Of a stretch of DNA of 30,183 nt, positions 7,911-16,238 are shown piece after piece. Source of the stretch: Myxococcota bacterium. GTDB taxonomy: Bacteria; Myxococcota_A; UBA9042. Position 1 is the stretch's first letter; each line of letters begins with the position of its first letter. A program made the translations under genes and the position numbers. The stretch is taken from NCBI GenBank assembly GCA_964230235.1, contig CAXRHS010000812.1, positions 1 to 30,183 of the forward strand. Reading direction: 5' to 3'. Below the pieces are notes generated by a model, which saw nothing but the letters and a program-made list of their open reading frames with translations, was not told where the DNA came from and searched no databases.

Positions 7911-10142
7911 CTAGCGTAAGGGCGCGGCGGCCCGCGACGCAACCGGTCGCCGGTGCACGCTCAGGATTGGCACGCCGTCCAACGCGTATTGCCAATCGGG
8001 CGCGAAATGGCGGTAGTCGCGCATGAGATCGGTCTGGTAGTCGTCGTGGTCTTTCTGGTGGTGGTAGAACGCCACCGCCGAGCCCTCGGCGCTGCCGCCG
8101 TAGCGCAAGTCGCGGCGCAGCCAGCCTTCGCGCTGGTACATCTCGAACGCACCCCATGCGCTTTTGTGCATGTAGACCAAGGCGTTGGCCGGTGCCACCC
8201 GATTGACTTCTTCCAGGCCTTCGCGGGTTGAACCACCCCAGAATTGCCGCTGCATGCCGCGATCGGCTGCACCGGGCACGCCGCCGATGAGTTCGTTGTA
8301 GTAGGCAGCGCCGTGCTTGTAGGTGGCGCGAGTGTCCAACGCCGCTGGCACGATCAAAAGCACGGCCATGACCCACGCCACCAGCCGAGCCCGACCGTTG
8401 GCCTGGCCGAGCACATCGTGCTGACGCCACATCACCGTGCGCCAAACCGCCTGCACACCATAGGCGCCAATCAAAAGCAGAAACGGATACGCGGGCATCC
8501 AGTGCTTGGTGCCGCCAAAAATCGGCGTGCCGGGCATCGAGATGAGCGCAATTGGCCACAGCGCGCTCAGCAAAAGCAGCCGCTGCCACGAGCGCTGCTC
8601 CGGCGTGCCGCCTTGCGCATCGGCGCGGTCGGCAAACAGCCAGGCGTCAAAACGCTCGACCTGCAGCACCGGCGGCGGAATCTTGAGCCCCTGCGGCAGG
8701 TACAAGGCGACCAGACCCAGCGCCACCGGCACCAGCAGCGTCAACGGCCAGGTCAGCGCGGTCATGCCCCACGCAAACTGCGGCGGAAACGGCGGGTAGG
8801 CCAGCACCTTGCCGAACCACACCTGCATGTAGTGTTCGTGGTGCAGGTGGAACTCAATCCAGCGCAGCAGGTTGTCAAACGTGTCGACCCACAGCAGCGG
8901 CCAGCCCGCGACCAGCAGCAGGGGGCCCACCGCGAGCATCGCAAAGAACACGCCGGGCACCGCCGGCAGTTCAAGCACGACGCCAGTCGCCGCCAGCCCG
9001 ATCAGCAGGGCAGCCACGCCAAGCAGCGGGTGGACCAGCGCCAGTCCGACGGCGGCCGCGACGCTCACTGCAACCCCGCTGAGCAGCCGCCGGGGCGCCG
9101 TTGGCCAGTACAGCACAATGCGTCGCTCCAGGGCCGCGTTGAGCAACCAATGCAGGATCAACGGGATCGGCAGAAAAAGCGCGTTGTGCTTGGCCAGCAG
9201 CGCAAAGCCCCACAGTCCGGCCGCGAGCCAGATCCAGCCGCGCGCCACCAGCGCCCGGTGCCACACCACCGTCGTCGCGAAAAGCAGCGCCACAATGGTG
9301 GTGTCAAAAGTGCACAGGTGTGCATGCCAGAACGGTTGCGGTAGACACAGGTAGCCGACTGCGGCGAGCAGCGCAAACGGTCTGCGCAGCTGCCCGGGCC
9401 CGCCAGCCGTCATCGGTCCGCAGAACACCATCCGGCCGGCCAGGTAGATGAGCGCCACCAGAAACGCCCCAAACACCGCGCCGGGAAAGCGCATCGCGGC
9501 CGACTCGGACAAGACGTAGAGCAGGCGTCGTTCGACGGCTTCGCAGCCGGTGCGGCGGTGGCGAGAGCCATCTTCGGCGTCGCCAGGCCCCGGCGGCAGG
9601 CACACCGCCTTGAGTTTGGCGAGATCAGCGTCGGCGGCCAGACGCACCGTGGCCGAGCGTTCGCCGCGCTCGGTAACGGTGCCCATGAGCAGTTGCCGAC
9701 CGCTGGGCGACGCCGGCTGGCCAACCACCTGGGGTGCCAGGATGGCGACCTGCGCATTGACGTCAAAGCCGTGCGCCGGCCCCAACTCGGCGATGTCGAG
9801 CAGCTTGTCGCCTTTGGCTTCGCGCAGGCGGTCAACCGGTCGCAGTTTGCGGCCGAGCGTCCGCCAGCTGTACCCAAACAGAATCTTGTTGAGCGGCGGG
9901 TGCTCGTTGTTGTGCTGCCAGGTGTCCAGGATCTCGGCGCGGCGCAGCGCCTTTTCGCGGTCCTCACCGCCCTTTTCGATCCGCACGAACCAGTTCTGGT
10001 AGGTCTCTGCGTGGCCGAAGTAGAATGCCTCGTCGCGCATGAAGCCCATGTCGTTGCTGCGGACCAGCACGAACAGCGCCGCGCAAAACAGCACGATGGC
10101 GAGGAACAAATCGGGCCCGCGGCTGGGCTGGTGGAGCGACAT
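7911..10142 (-). CDS. ArnT/PMT-like (GT-C fold) integral membrane glycosyltransferase
   Basis: N-terminal TM followed by RDEAFY, EHPPLNK, many hydrophobic helices, LLAKHNA, and YYNELIGG...RQFWG C-terminal domain. Confidence 0.8.
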   Translation of the reverse strand: MSLHQPSRGPDLFLAIVLFCAALFVLVRSNDMGFMRDEAFYFGHAETYQNWFVRIEKGGEDREKALRRAEILDTWQHNNEHPPLNKILFGYSWRTLGRKLRPVDRLREAKGDKLLDIAELGPAHGFDVNAQVAILAPQVVGQPASPSGRQLLMGTVTERGERSATVRLAADADLAKLKAVCLPPGPGDAEDGSRHRRTGCEAVERRLLYVLSESAAMRFPGAVFGAFLVALIYLAGRMVFCGPMTAGGPGQLRRPFALLAAVGYLCLPQPFWHAHLCTFDTTIVALLFATTVVWHRALVARGWIWLAAGLWGFALLAKHNALFLPIPLILHWLLNAALERRIVLYWPTAPRRLLSGVAVSVAAAVGLALVHPLLGVAALLIGLAATGVVLELPAVPGVFFAMLAVGPLLLVAGWPLLWVDTFDNLLRWIEFHLHHEHYMQVWFGKVLAYPPFPPQFAWGMTALTWPLTLLVPVALGLVALYLPQGLKIPPPVLQVERFDAWLFADRADAQGGTPEQRSWQRLLLLSALWPIALISMPGTPIFGGTKHWMPAYPFLLLIGAYGVQAVWRTVMWRQHDVLGQANGRARLVAWVMAVLLIVPAALDTRATYKHGAAYYNELIGGVPGAADRGMQRQFWGGSTREGLEEVNRVAPANALVYMHKSAWGAFEMYQREGWLRRDLRYGGSAEGSAVAFYHHQKDHDDYQTDLMRDYRHFAPDWQYALDGVPILSVHRRPVASRAAAPLR

Positions 10143-10192
10143 GGTGGGCAGGCCTGGGGGTGCGGGCGGCGGAGGCAGGGGTTGGCGTCAGG

Positions 10193-11653
10193 CTAGTCGT
10201 CGTCTTCTTCTTCGACGCCGCCGCCGACCAGACCGTACTTGCGGGCCAACCTTCGGAAGTGTTTGCGGTCGACGTCGGCTTCGCGGGCGGCCTGCGACAG
10301 GTTGCCGCTGTGGCGGGCCAGCAGCTTAGCCAGGTACTCTTTTTCGAACGCGCCGAGCCACTGCTCCTTGGCGTTCTTGAAGCTCAGGTCGGTCAGCACC
10401 GGCATCGCCGCCGTCGCCGACGGGGTCGCCCGCGCCGCCTCGGTCAGGTGGGCTTCGCTGCGGCGCACCCGCACCTGGGTCGCGCCCGAGATGTGGTCCG
10501 GCAGGTCGTCGATGCCGACCAGATCGCCTTCTGCAAAGCTGCACGCCCGCTCGACAACGTTGAGCAGCTCGCGGACATTGCCCGGCCAGGCGTAGCCGCG
10601 CAACGCTTCGCGGGCTTCGTAGCTGATGCCCTTGACGCGCTGGCCCTCGGCGGTCTTGTTGAAGCTGCCGGTGCGCAGCATGTGCTGGGCCAGCAGCACG
10701 ATGTCGTCTTGGCGTTCGCGCAGCGCCGGCAGCTTGAGCCGCACCACCCCCAGGCGGTAGAAAAGGTCCTCGCGAAAGCGGTCGGCTTTGACCTCTTCGG
10801 CCAGATCGCGGTTGGTGGCGGCGATGACCCGCACGTCGATGCGGATCGGCCGATTGCCGCCGACCCGGCGCACTTCGCGCTGCTCCAACGCGCGCAACAG
10901 CTTGGGCTGCAACTCCAGCGCCAGTTCGCCGATCTCGTCCAAAAAGATGGTGCCGCCGTTGGCCATCTCAAACAGGCCCTGCCGCGACGCCAAGGCACCC
11001 GTGAAGCTGCCCTTCTCGTGGCCGAATAGCTCAGACTCAATCAGGTTTTGCTGCACCGCGCCGCAATCGAACACGATGAACGGCCCAGCTGCGCGCTTGC
11101 TCAACTGGTGGATGGTGCGCGCGACCACTTCTTTGCCGGTGCCCGTCTCGCCTTCGAGCACCACGGTCGCCCCGGTCGGCGCAATCCGGTCGACCACGCC
11201 CATCAGCCGGCGCACCGCTTCAGTGCGGCCGACAATGCCGCCCAGCGACTCGTGCTGGCTCGGCTGGACCTCGACCCGCTCGGCCTGGACGCTAAAGCGC
11301 AGTTGCGTGTTGCCGACGCGGATGACCGCGCCCGAGCGCAACCAGGCGTCGCGCACCCGCACCCGGTTGACCCAGGTGCCGTTGGTGCTTTTGAGGTCTT
11401 CGATCAGGAAATCGTCGCCCTCCTGATAGATGCGGGCGTGGTAGCGGCTGGCCTGATCGTCGTCGAGCACCACGTCGTTGTCGTCCATCGACCCGAGCTT
11501 GACGATCGGCTGGTCAAAGATGAACTCCGCGGTGTTGCCGTCGGCGTCGGTGCGGACCAGCCGGGTTCGGCGCAGGGTCAGCGACGTGCCAGAGGCGCTG
11601 GGGCCCAGGCCGGTGCCGCCGAGCAGCGCGCTCAGCGACGACGGCGGCACCAC
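10193..11653 (-). CDS. FHA-domain sigma54-dependent transcriptional activator (EBP)
   Basis: FHA (G...N.V......SR.HA.I......IEDL.STNGTWVN), GETGTGKE, ESELFGHEKGSFTGA, FLDEIGE, WPGNVREL, Fis-type HTH NLSQAAREADVDR. Confidence 0.94.
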   Translation of the reverse strand: MVPPSSLSALLGGTGLGPSASGTSLTLRRTRLVRTDADGNTAEFIFDQPIVKLGSMDDNDVVLDDDQASRYHARIYQEGDDFLIEDLKSTNGTWVNRVRVRDAWLRSGAVIRVGNTQLRFSVQAERVEVQPSQHESLGGIVGRTEAVRRLMGVVDRIAPTGATVVLEGETGTGKEVVARTIHQLSKRAAGPFIVFDCGAVQQNLIESELFGHEKGSFTGALASRQGLFEMANGGTIFLDEIGELALELQPKLLRALEQREVRRVGGNRPIRIDVRVIAATNRDLAEEVKADRFREDLFYRLGVVRLKLPALRERQDDIVLLAQHMLRTGSFNKTAEGQRVKGISYEAREALRGYAWPGNVRELLNVVERACSFAEGDLVGIDDLPDHISGATQVRVRRSEAHLTEAARATPSATAAMPVLTDLSFKNAKEQWLGAFEKEYLAKLLARHSGNLSQAAREADVDRKHFRRLARKYGLVGGGVEEEDDD

Positions 11654-11837
11654 GGAAGCGAACGGATGAGGGTCGGCCAGGGCGGCACGCGTTTCGTTCA
11701 GGGTCGAACGCGGACCAGCCTGGGGCGCGCAGGTCCCAGCACGGTCGGGTGCACGATGATGGCGCAGCGGGTGTGCGGTGTCTACACCCCAGGGGCGCTA
11801 CCCGGATCGGCGCGGACCTGCGTGTCCGGCTGCAGGC

Positions 11838-12263
11838 CTACGCCTCGAACGAGGTCATGCGCTGGCGGCGCTTCTCGTACATCTTTTCGACGTGCTCCTG
11901 CTTCTCTTTGCACTGGATGCACAGGTCGGTCTCGGGCCGGGCGATCAGGCGCTGGCCGCCGATGACGGCCTCGCATTCTTCGCAGTAGTTGTAGTCGCCG
12001 GCATCGATGCGGCGGATCGCCTTGTCGATTTTCTTGATCAGCGTGGCGTCGCGGTCGCGCAGGCGGTACTCGAACGCCTGGTCGTAGCCGACGCTGGACA
12101 GGTCCATCTCGTCGGCGACGCGCAGTTCGTCCGGGTCGGAATTCTGCTCGGCGCTGCGCATCATGCCCAGGATCCGCTCGCGTTTTTCGAGCAAGACCAC
12201 GCGCTGGCGCTCCAGTTGGGCTTCGTCGAGCTCGATGGGCTCCAAGGTGTCGTTGACGGCCAT
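11838..12263 (-). CDS. dksA: DksA/TraR family C4 zinc-finger protein
   Basis: Coiled coil with acidic tip DEMD, AIRRIDAGDYNYCEEC...I...RL.ARP...LCIQC. Start ATG 12263 follows SD AGGAGG. Confidence 0.88.
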   Translation of the reverse strand: MAVNDTLEPIELDEAQLERQRVVLLEKRERILGMMRSAEQNSDPDELRVADEMDLSSVGYDQAFEYRLRDRDATLIKKIDKAIRRIDAGDYNYCEECEAVIGGQRLIARPETDLCIQCKEKQEHVEKMYEKRRQRMTSFEA

Positions 12264-12315
12264 CTTGTCCTCCTGTGCCGTGGCGAAAACCGAATCCGAT
12301 CGGGCGGTTGCGGTG

Positions 12316-12371
12316 ATGCGACCCGGATCCTGCGGAAATGCGACCCGGATCCTGTGTGGGTGCGACCCGGA
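12316..12371. repeat. Three direct repeats with exact 22-bp period
   Basis: TGCGACCCGGA starts at 12317, 12339 and 12361; the first two extend to ATGCGACCCGGATCCTG (17/17). Confidence 0.9.
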
Positions 12372-12711
12372 CGACCACCCGTGGTGCGCGGCGCACACGA
12401 ACCGCCTGCCGGTTCGCGCTTGCCAGTGGGGGCGTCTGCAAGCACCGCCCCTATCCTACGCCGAAGTGCACGGTGCTGGCCACCGCCCCGTCGCAGCCCG
12501 CAATTGGTTGCGGCCGGCCACTGGCGCGAACCACGCCGCCAGTGCGGTCGCGCGGACCCACTGGTGCGCCCGCGGCGCCTCGTCAACCGGCACGGTTGGC
12601 GAAAGGGGCCGCAAGATAGGCATCCGGCTGGCGGTGTCAAGACCGGGTTGTCAGCCGCCGCTGCCCTTGCATACCATCGCGCCGCCCGCCATCGGGCCTC
12701 AAAGGACCACC

Positions 12712-14208
12712 GTGACGCCCAGCCTCGCTCCGACCGCCGACTGCCGCTGGCTTGCGCAGCAACTCAGCGGAAAACATTTGATCAACGGTGCTTTGGTCGA
12801 TCCGGTCCATGGCCGCACTTTTGAAGTCGTACACCCGGCGACCCTGGAGGTCATCGGGCACGCAGCCGACGGTGATGCTGCCGACGTGGACCGCGCCGTT
12901 CAGGCCGCCCACGCGGCGCAGGTCGCGTGGGCCAAGGTGCCGGCCCGCCAACGCGGCAAGCTGTTGCTGCAAGTCGCGCGCCGGCTCGAAGACCACGCCG
13001 AAGAACTGGCGCGGCTGGTCACGCTGGAGACCGGCAAGGCGATTGCCACCGAAAGCCGCGTCGAAGCCGGCGTGCACGCCGACCTGTACACCTTCTTTGG
13101 CGGCCTGGGCAGTGAACTCAAGGGCGAGACGATCCCGTTTCACCCCGACATCCTGACCTTTACGCTGCGCCACCCGGTCGGCGTGGTCGGCGCCATCGTG
13201 GCCTGGAACGTGCCGCTGATGCTGATGGCGCTCAAGGTCGCGCCGGCGCTGGTGGCCGGCAATACCGTGGTGGTCAAGACCGCCGAAGAGGCGCCGTTCG
13301 CGTGCTTGCGGGTGGCGCAGATCTTCAACGAGGTGTTGCCGCCGGGCGTGTTCAACGTAATTTCGGGCGATGGTCCCGGCTGCGGTGCGCCGCTGGCCGA
13401 GCACCCCCTGGTGGCCAAGGTGACGCTGACGGGTTCGGTGGCGGCCGGCAAGTCGGTGGCGATGGCGGCGGCCCGCAAGCTCGTGCCCGTTACGCTGGAA
13501 CTCGGCGGCAAGTCGCCGATGATCGTGCTCGAAGACGCCGACATGGATCAGGTGGTGCAGGGCGCGCTGCATTCGATGCGCTTTACCCGCCAGGGCCAGT
13601 CGTGTACCGCGGCCAGCCGGATGCTGGTTCACCGCAGCCTGCACGACGAGTACGTCAGTCGGGTCAAGGCGCGGGTGGACCAACTGCGCATGGGCGATCC
13701 CTTCGACGAGGCCACCCACATCGGCACCATCATCTCGCCGGGCCAGTTCGCCACCGTCAAGCGGTACCTGGCGATCGGCGACGCCACGCCAGGCGCGACC
13801 GGGCATCGGTGTTCGGCCTTGCCGGAAGACCCGAAATTTGCGCGGGGCCTTTTCGTGCAGCCGACGATTTTCACCGGGCTGCCGATCGACAGCCCGGTGA
13901 TTCGCGAGGAGATATTTGGACCGGTGACGGCGGTGGTGCCGTTTGACACCTACGAAGAGGCGATCGCCATCGCCAATGGCACCGAGTATGGGCTGGCGGC
14001 CACGATCTGGACCCGCGACGTGCGGCGCGCGCTCGACGCCGTGCACCGGTTGGAGGCCGGCTTTGTGCAGGTCAATCAGAATCTGGTGGTGCAAAGCGCG
14101 CTGGCCTACGGCGGCATCAAACAGTCGGGTCTGGGCAAAGAGGCGTCGCTGGGGGCGATGTTGACGCACTTTACCCATGAGAAGACGGTGCTGATGAATT
14201 TGCGGTAG
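12712..14208 (+). CDS. NAD(P)-dependent aldehyde dehydrogenase
   Basis: GAIVAWNVP, LTGS...G, LELGGKSP, catalytic Cys in QGQSC, EEIFGP, YGL. GTG 12712 follows SD AAAGGA. Confidence 0.94.
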   Translation: MTPSLAPTADCRWLAQQLSGKHLINGALVDPVHGRTFEVVHPATLEVIGHAADGDAADVDRAVQAAHAAQVAWAKVPARQRGKLLLQVARRLEDHAEELARLVTLETGKAIATESRVEAGVHADLYTFFGGLGSELKGETIPFHPDILTFTLRHPVGVVGAIVAWNVPLMLMALKVAPALVAGNTVVVKTAEEAPFACLRVAQIFNEVLPPGVFNVISGDGPGCGAPLAEHPLVAKVTLTGSVAAGKSVAMAAARKLVPVTLELGGKSPMIVLEDADMDQVVQGALHSMRFTRQGQSCTAASRMLVHRSLHDEYVSRVKARVDQLRMGDPFDEATHIGTIISPGQFATVKRYLAIGDATPGATGHRCSALPEDPKFARGLFVQPTIFTGLPIDSPVIREEIFGPVTAVVPFDTYEEAIAIANGTEYGLAATIWTRDVRRALDAVHRLEAGFVQVNQNLVVQSALAYGGIKQSGLGKEASLGAMLTHFTHEKTVLMNLR

Positions 14209-14213
14209 ACGGG

Positions 14214-14266
14214 CAGGCTCAGGCACAGGCACAGGCTCAGGCACAGGCTCAGGCACAGGCTCAGGC
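14214..14266. repeat. Hexamer tandem array (A/T)CAGGC x9
   Basis: Nine CAGGC units at 6-bp period separated by A or T. Confidence 0.95.
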
Positions 14267-14302
14267 CCCTGGATTTGGCCGCGCCACCGCGCCGCCTCGC
14301 CC

Positions 14303-14331
14303 TTGACCTCCACCCCCACTTCCCCGTAAAA
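14303..14331 (+). promoter_or_regulatory. sigma70-type promoter of rpsA
   Basis: TTGACC (14303-14308)-N17-TAAAAT (14326-14331), about 130 nt upstream of the ATG. Confidence 0.8.
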
Positions 14332-14460
14332 TTTCGCCCCCTTGGCCGACCCCGGTCGGCGCGGCTTGGTCCGTAAGCCCATGAAAAACTTCAGCGATTC
14401 GCCGGCAGGTCGCCGGTCGATCGCCCGGAGAGCCGCAGGACAAGGAAGCAAGGAAATCCA

Positions 14461-16146
14461 ATGGCTATCACCGACTTTGCCCTCGACGCCGACTTCGAAG
14501 CGGAATTTCTCGAGTGGGAAAAAACCCAGAACGTCATCGAGGGCGAGATCGTCCGCGGCACCGTGCTGTCGGTCAACAAAGACTTCGTCATCGTCGACAT
14601 CAAGTACAAAAGCGAGGGTCAGATCCCGGTCGCTGAGTTCGCCGAGCACGACGGCACCCTGTCGGTGCACCCGGGCGACGAGATCGACGTCTACGTCGAG
14701 AACCGCGAGAACGAAAACGGCCTGGTCGAACTGAGCAAAGAGAAGGCCGATCGCCTCAAGATCTGGGACGAGATCGCCGACGCTTGCGAAAAAGAAGAAC
14801 TCGTCGAAGGCGTCATCACCGGGCGCGTCAAAGGCGGCCTCACGGTCGACATCGGCGTCAAGGCGTTCTTGCCGGGCAGCCAGGTCGATCTGCGGCCGGT
14901 GCGCAACCTCGAGAAGTACATCGGTCAGCGTTTCCACTTCAAGGTCATCAAGTTCAACAAGAAGCGCGGCAACATCGTGCTCAGCCGCCGGGCACTGCTG
15001 GAGAAGCAGCGCGAGGCGCTCAAAAGCCAGACGCTCGGCAAGCTCGAAGTCGGTATGGTGGTCGACGGCATCGTCAAGAACATCACCGACTACGGCGCGT
15101 TCATCGATCTGGGCGGCATCGATGGGCTTTTGCACATCACCGACATGAGCTACGCGCGGGTCAACCACCCGTCGGAGCTGTTTGAGGTGGGTCAAGAGGT
15201 CAAGGTCAAGGTGCTCAAGTACGACGCCGATCGCGAGCGCGTCAGCCTGGGGCTCAAGCAGAACTTCGAAGACCCGTGGATGTCGATCGACAGCAAGTAC
15301 CACATCGGTCAGCGCTGCAAGGGCAAGGTGGTGAGCCTGGCCGACTACGGCGCCTTCATCGAACTCGAAGGCGGCGTCGAGGGCCTGATTCACATCAGCG
15401 AGATGAGCTGGACCAAGCGCGTCAAGCACCCGAGCAAGGTGTTGAGCATTGGCGACGACGTCGAAGCGGTGATCCTGGAAATCGACGGCAAAGGCAAGCG
15501 CATCTCGCTTGGCATGAAGCAGATCGAGCAGAACCCGTGGGACGTGCTGATGCACACCTACCCGGTGGGCAGCAAGGTCAAAGGCACCGTGCGCAACATC
15601 ACCAACTTCGGCGTCTTTATCGGCATCGAAGACGGCATCGATGGCCTGTGCCACGTCACCGACCTGAGCTGGTCGAGCAAGGTCAAGCACCCGCAAGACA
15701 TCTTCAAGAAGGGCGACGAGGTCGAGGCGGTGGTGCTGGCCATCGACCCGGAGAAGGAGCGCTTCAGCCTGGGTATCAAGCAGTTGCTGACGGACCCGTG
15801 GTCAGACGTGCAGCGCCGCTACGGCCGCGGGTCGAGCCACGAAGGCAAGGTCGCCAAGCTGCTCGACTTTGGCGCCATCATCGAGCTCGACGACTGCATC
15901 GAAGGCTTCTTGCACATCAGCGAGATCGCCGAAGAGAAGGTGGAGAACATCCACAACGCGCTCAAGGAAGGCCAGACCGTCAAGGTCAAGATCATCAGCG
16001 TTATCCCCGAAGAGCGCAAGCTGGGTCTGTCGATCAAGCGCGTGGGCAACGACGACGATGAGTCGAACTTTGAGAACCCGGTTGCCGGCCCCACCACCAT
16101 CGGTGACCTGGTCAAAGAGAAGTTCGGCAACCTGCGTCTGAACTGA
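14461..16146 (+). CDS. rpsA: 30S ribosomal protein S1
   Basis: Six S1 domains; GYKSEG-like N-terminus, AFLPGSQVDLRP, YGAFIDLGGIDGLLHITDMS, EGLIHISEMSW; 561 aa. Confidence 0.98.
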   Translation: MAITDFALDADFEAEFLEWEKTQNVIEGEIVRGTVLSVNKDFVIVDIKYKSEGQIPVAEFAEHDGTLSVHPGDEIDVYVENRENENGLVELSKEKADRLKIWDEIADACEKEELVEGVITGRVKGGLTVDIGVKAFLPGSQVDLRPVRNLEKYIGQRFHFKVIKFNKKRGNIVLSRRALLEKQREALKSQTLGKLEVGMVVDGIVKNITDYGAFIDLGGIDGLLHITDMSYARVNHPSELFEVGQEVKVKVLKYDADRERVSLGLKQNFEDPWMSIDSKYHIGQRCKGKVVSLADYGAFIELEGGVEGLIHISEMSWTKRVKHPSKVLSIGDDVEAVILEIDGKGKRISLGMKQIEQNPWDVLMHTYPVGSKVKGTVRNITNFGVFIGIEDGIDGLCHVTDLSWSSKVKHPQDIFKKGDEVEAVVLAIDPEKERFSLGIKQLLTDPWSDVQRRYGRGSSHEGKVAKLLDFGAIIELDDCIEGFLHISEIAEEKVENIHNALKEGQTVKVKIISVIPEERKLGLSIKRVGNDDDESNFENPVAGPTTIGDLVKEKFGNLRLN

Positions 16147-16211
16147 GCAATTCTGCGGCAAGGCCGCGCGCCAGCGACGAATTTTGCGCTGGTGCGCGGC
16201 CCTGGCCGCCG

Positions 16212-16220
16212 TGGTACACT
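16212..16220 (+). promoter_or_regulatory. Extended -10 promoter candidate for the giant Cys-rich gene
   Basis: TG-G-TACACT, 18 nt upstream of ATG 16239. Confidence 0.45.
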
Positions 16221-16238
16221 GCCGGCCTGCATCGCGCG

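Noticed and set aside
12316-12371. Possible mini-CRISPR
   Set aside because: Inter-repeat gaps are only 5-6 nt and no cas genes are present.
12437-12452. sigma54 promoter candidate AGGGGCGGTGCTTGCA on the minus strand
   Set aside because: GG-N10-GC spacing fits but the -24 element is far from TGGCAC; easily chance at this GC.
14345-14360. Hairpin in the rpsA leader as a novel RNA element
   Set aside because: A single 6-bp GC stem; structured rpsA leaders are common and nothing further supports it.
12637-15696. 1019-aa minus-strand ORF
   Set aside because: Antisense shadow of rpsA and ALDH produced by high-GC codon bias. The same applies to 3..770, 1341..2876, 3635..4774, 6253..7914, 20541..21854 and 26532..28712.
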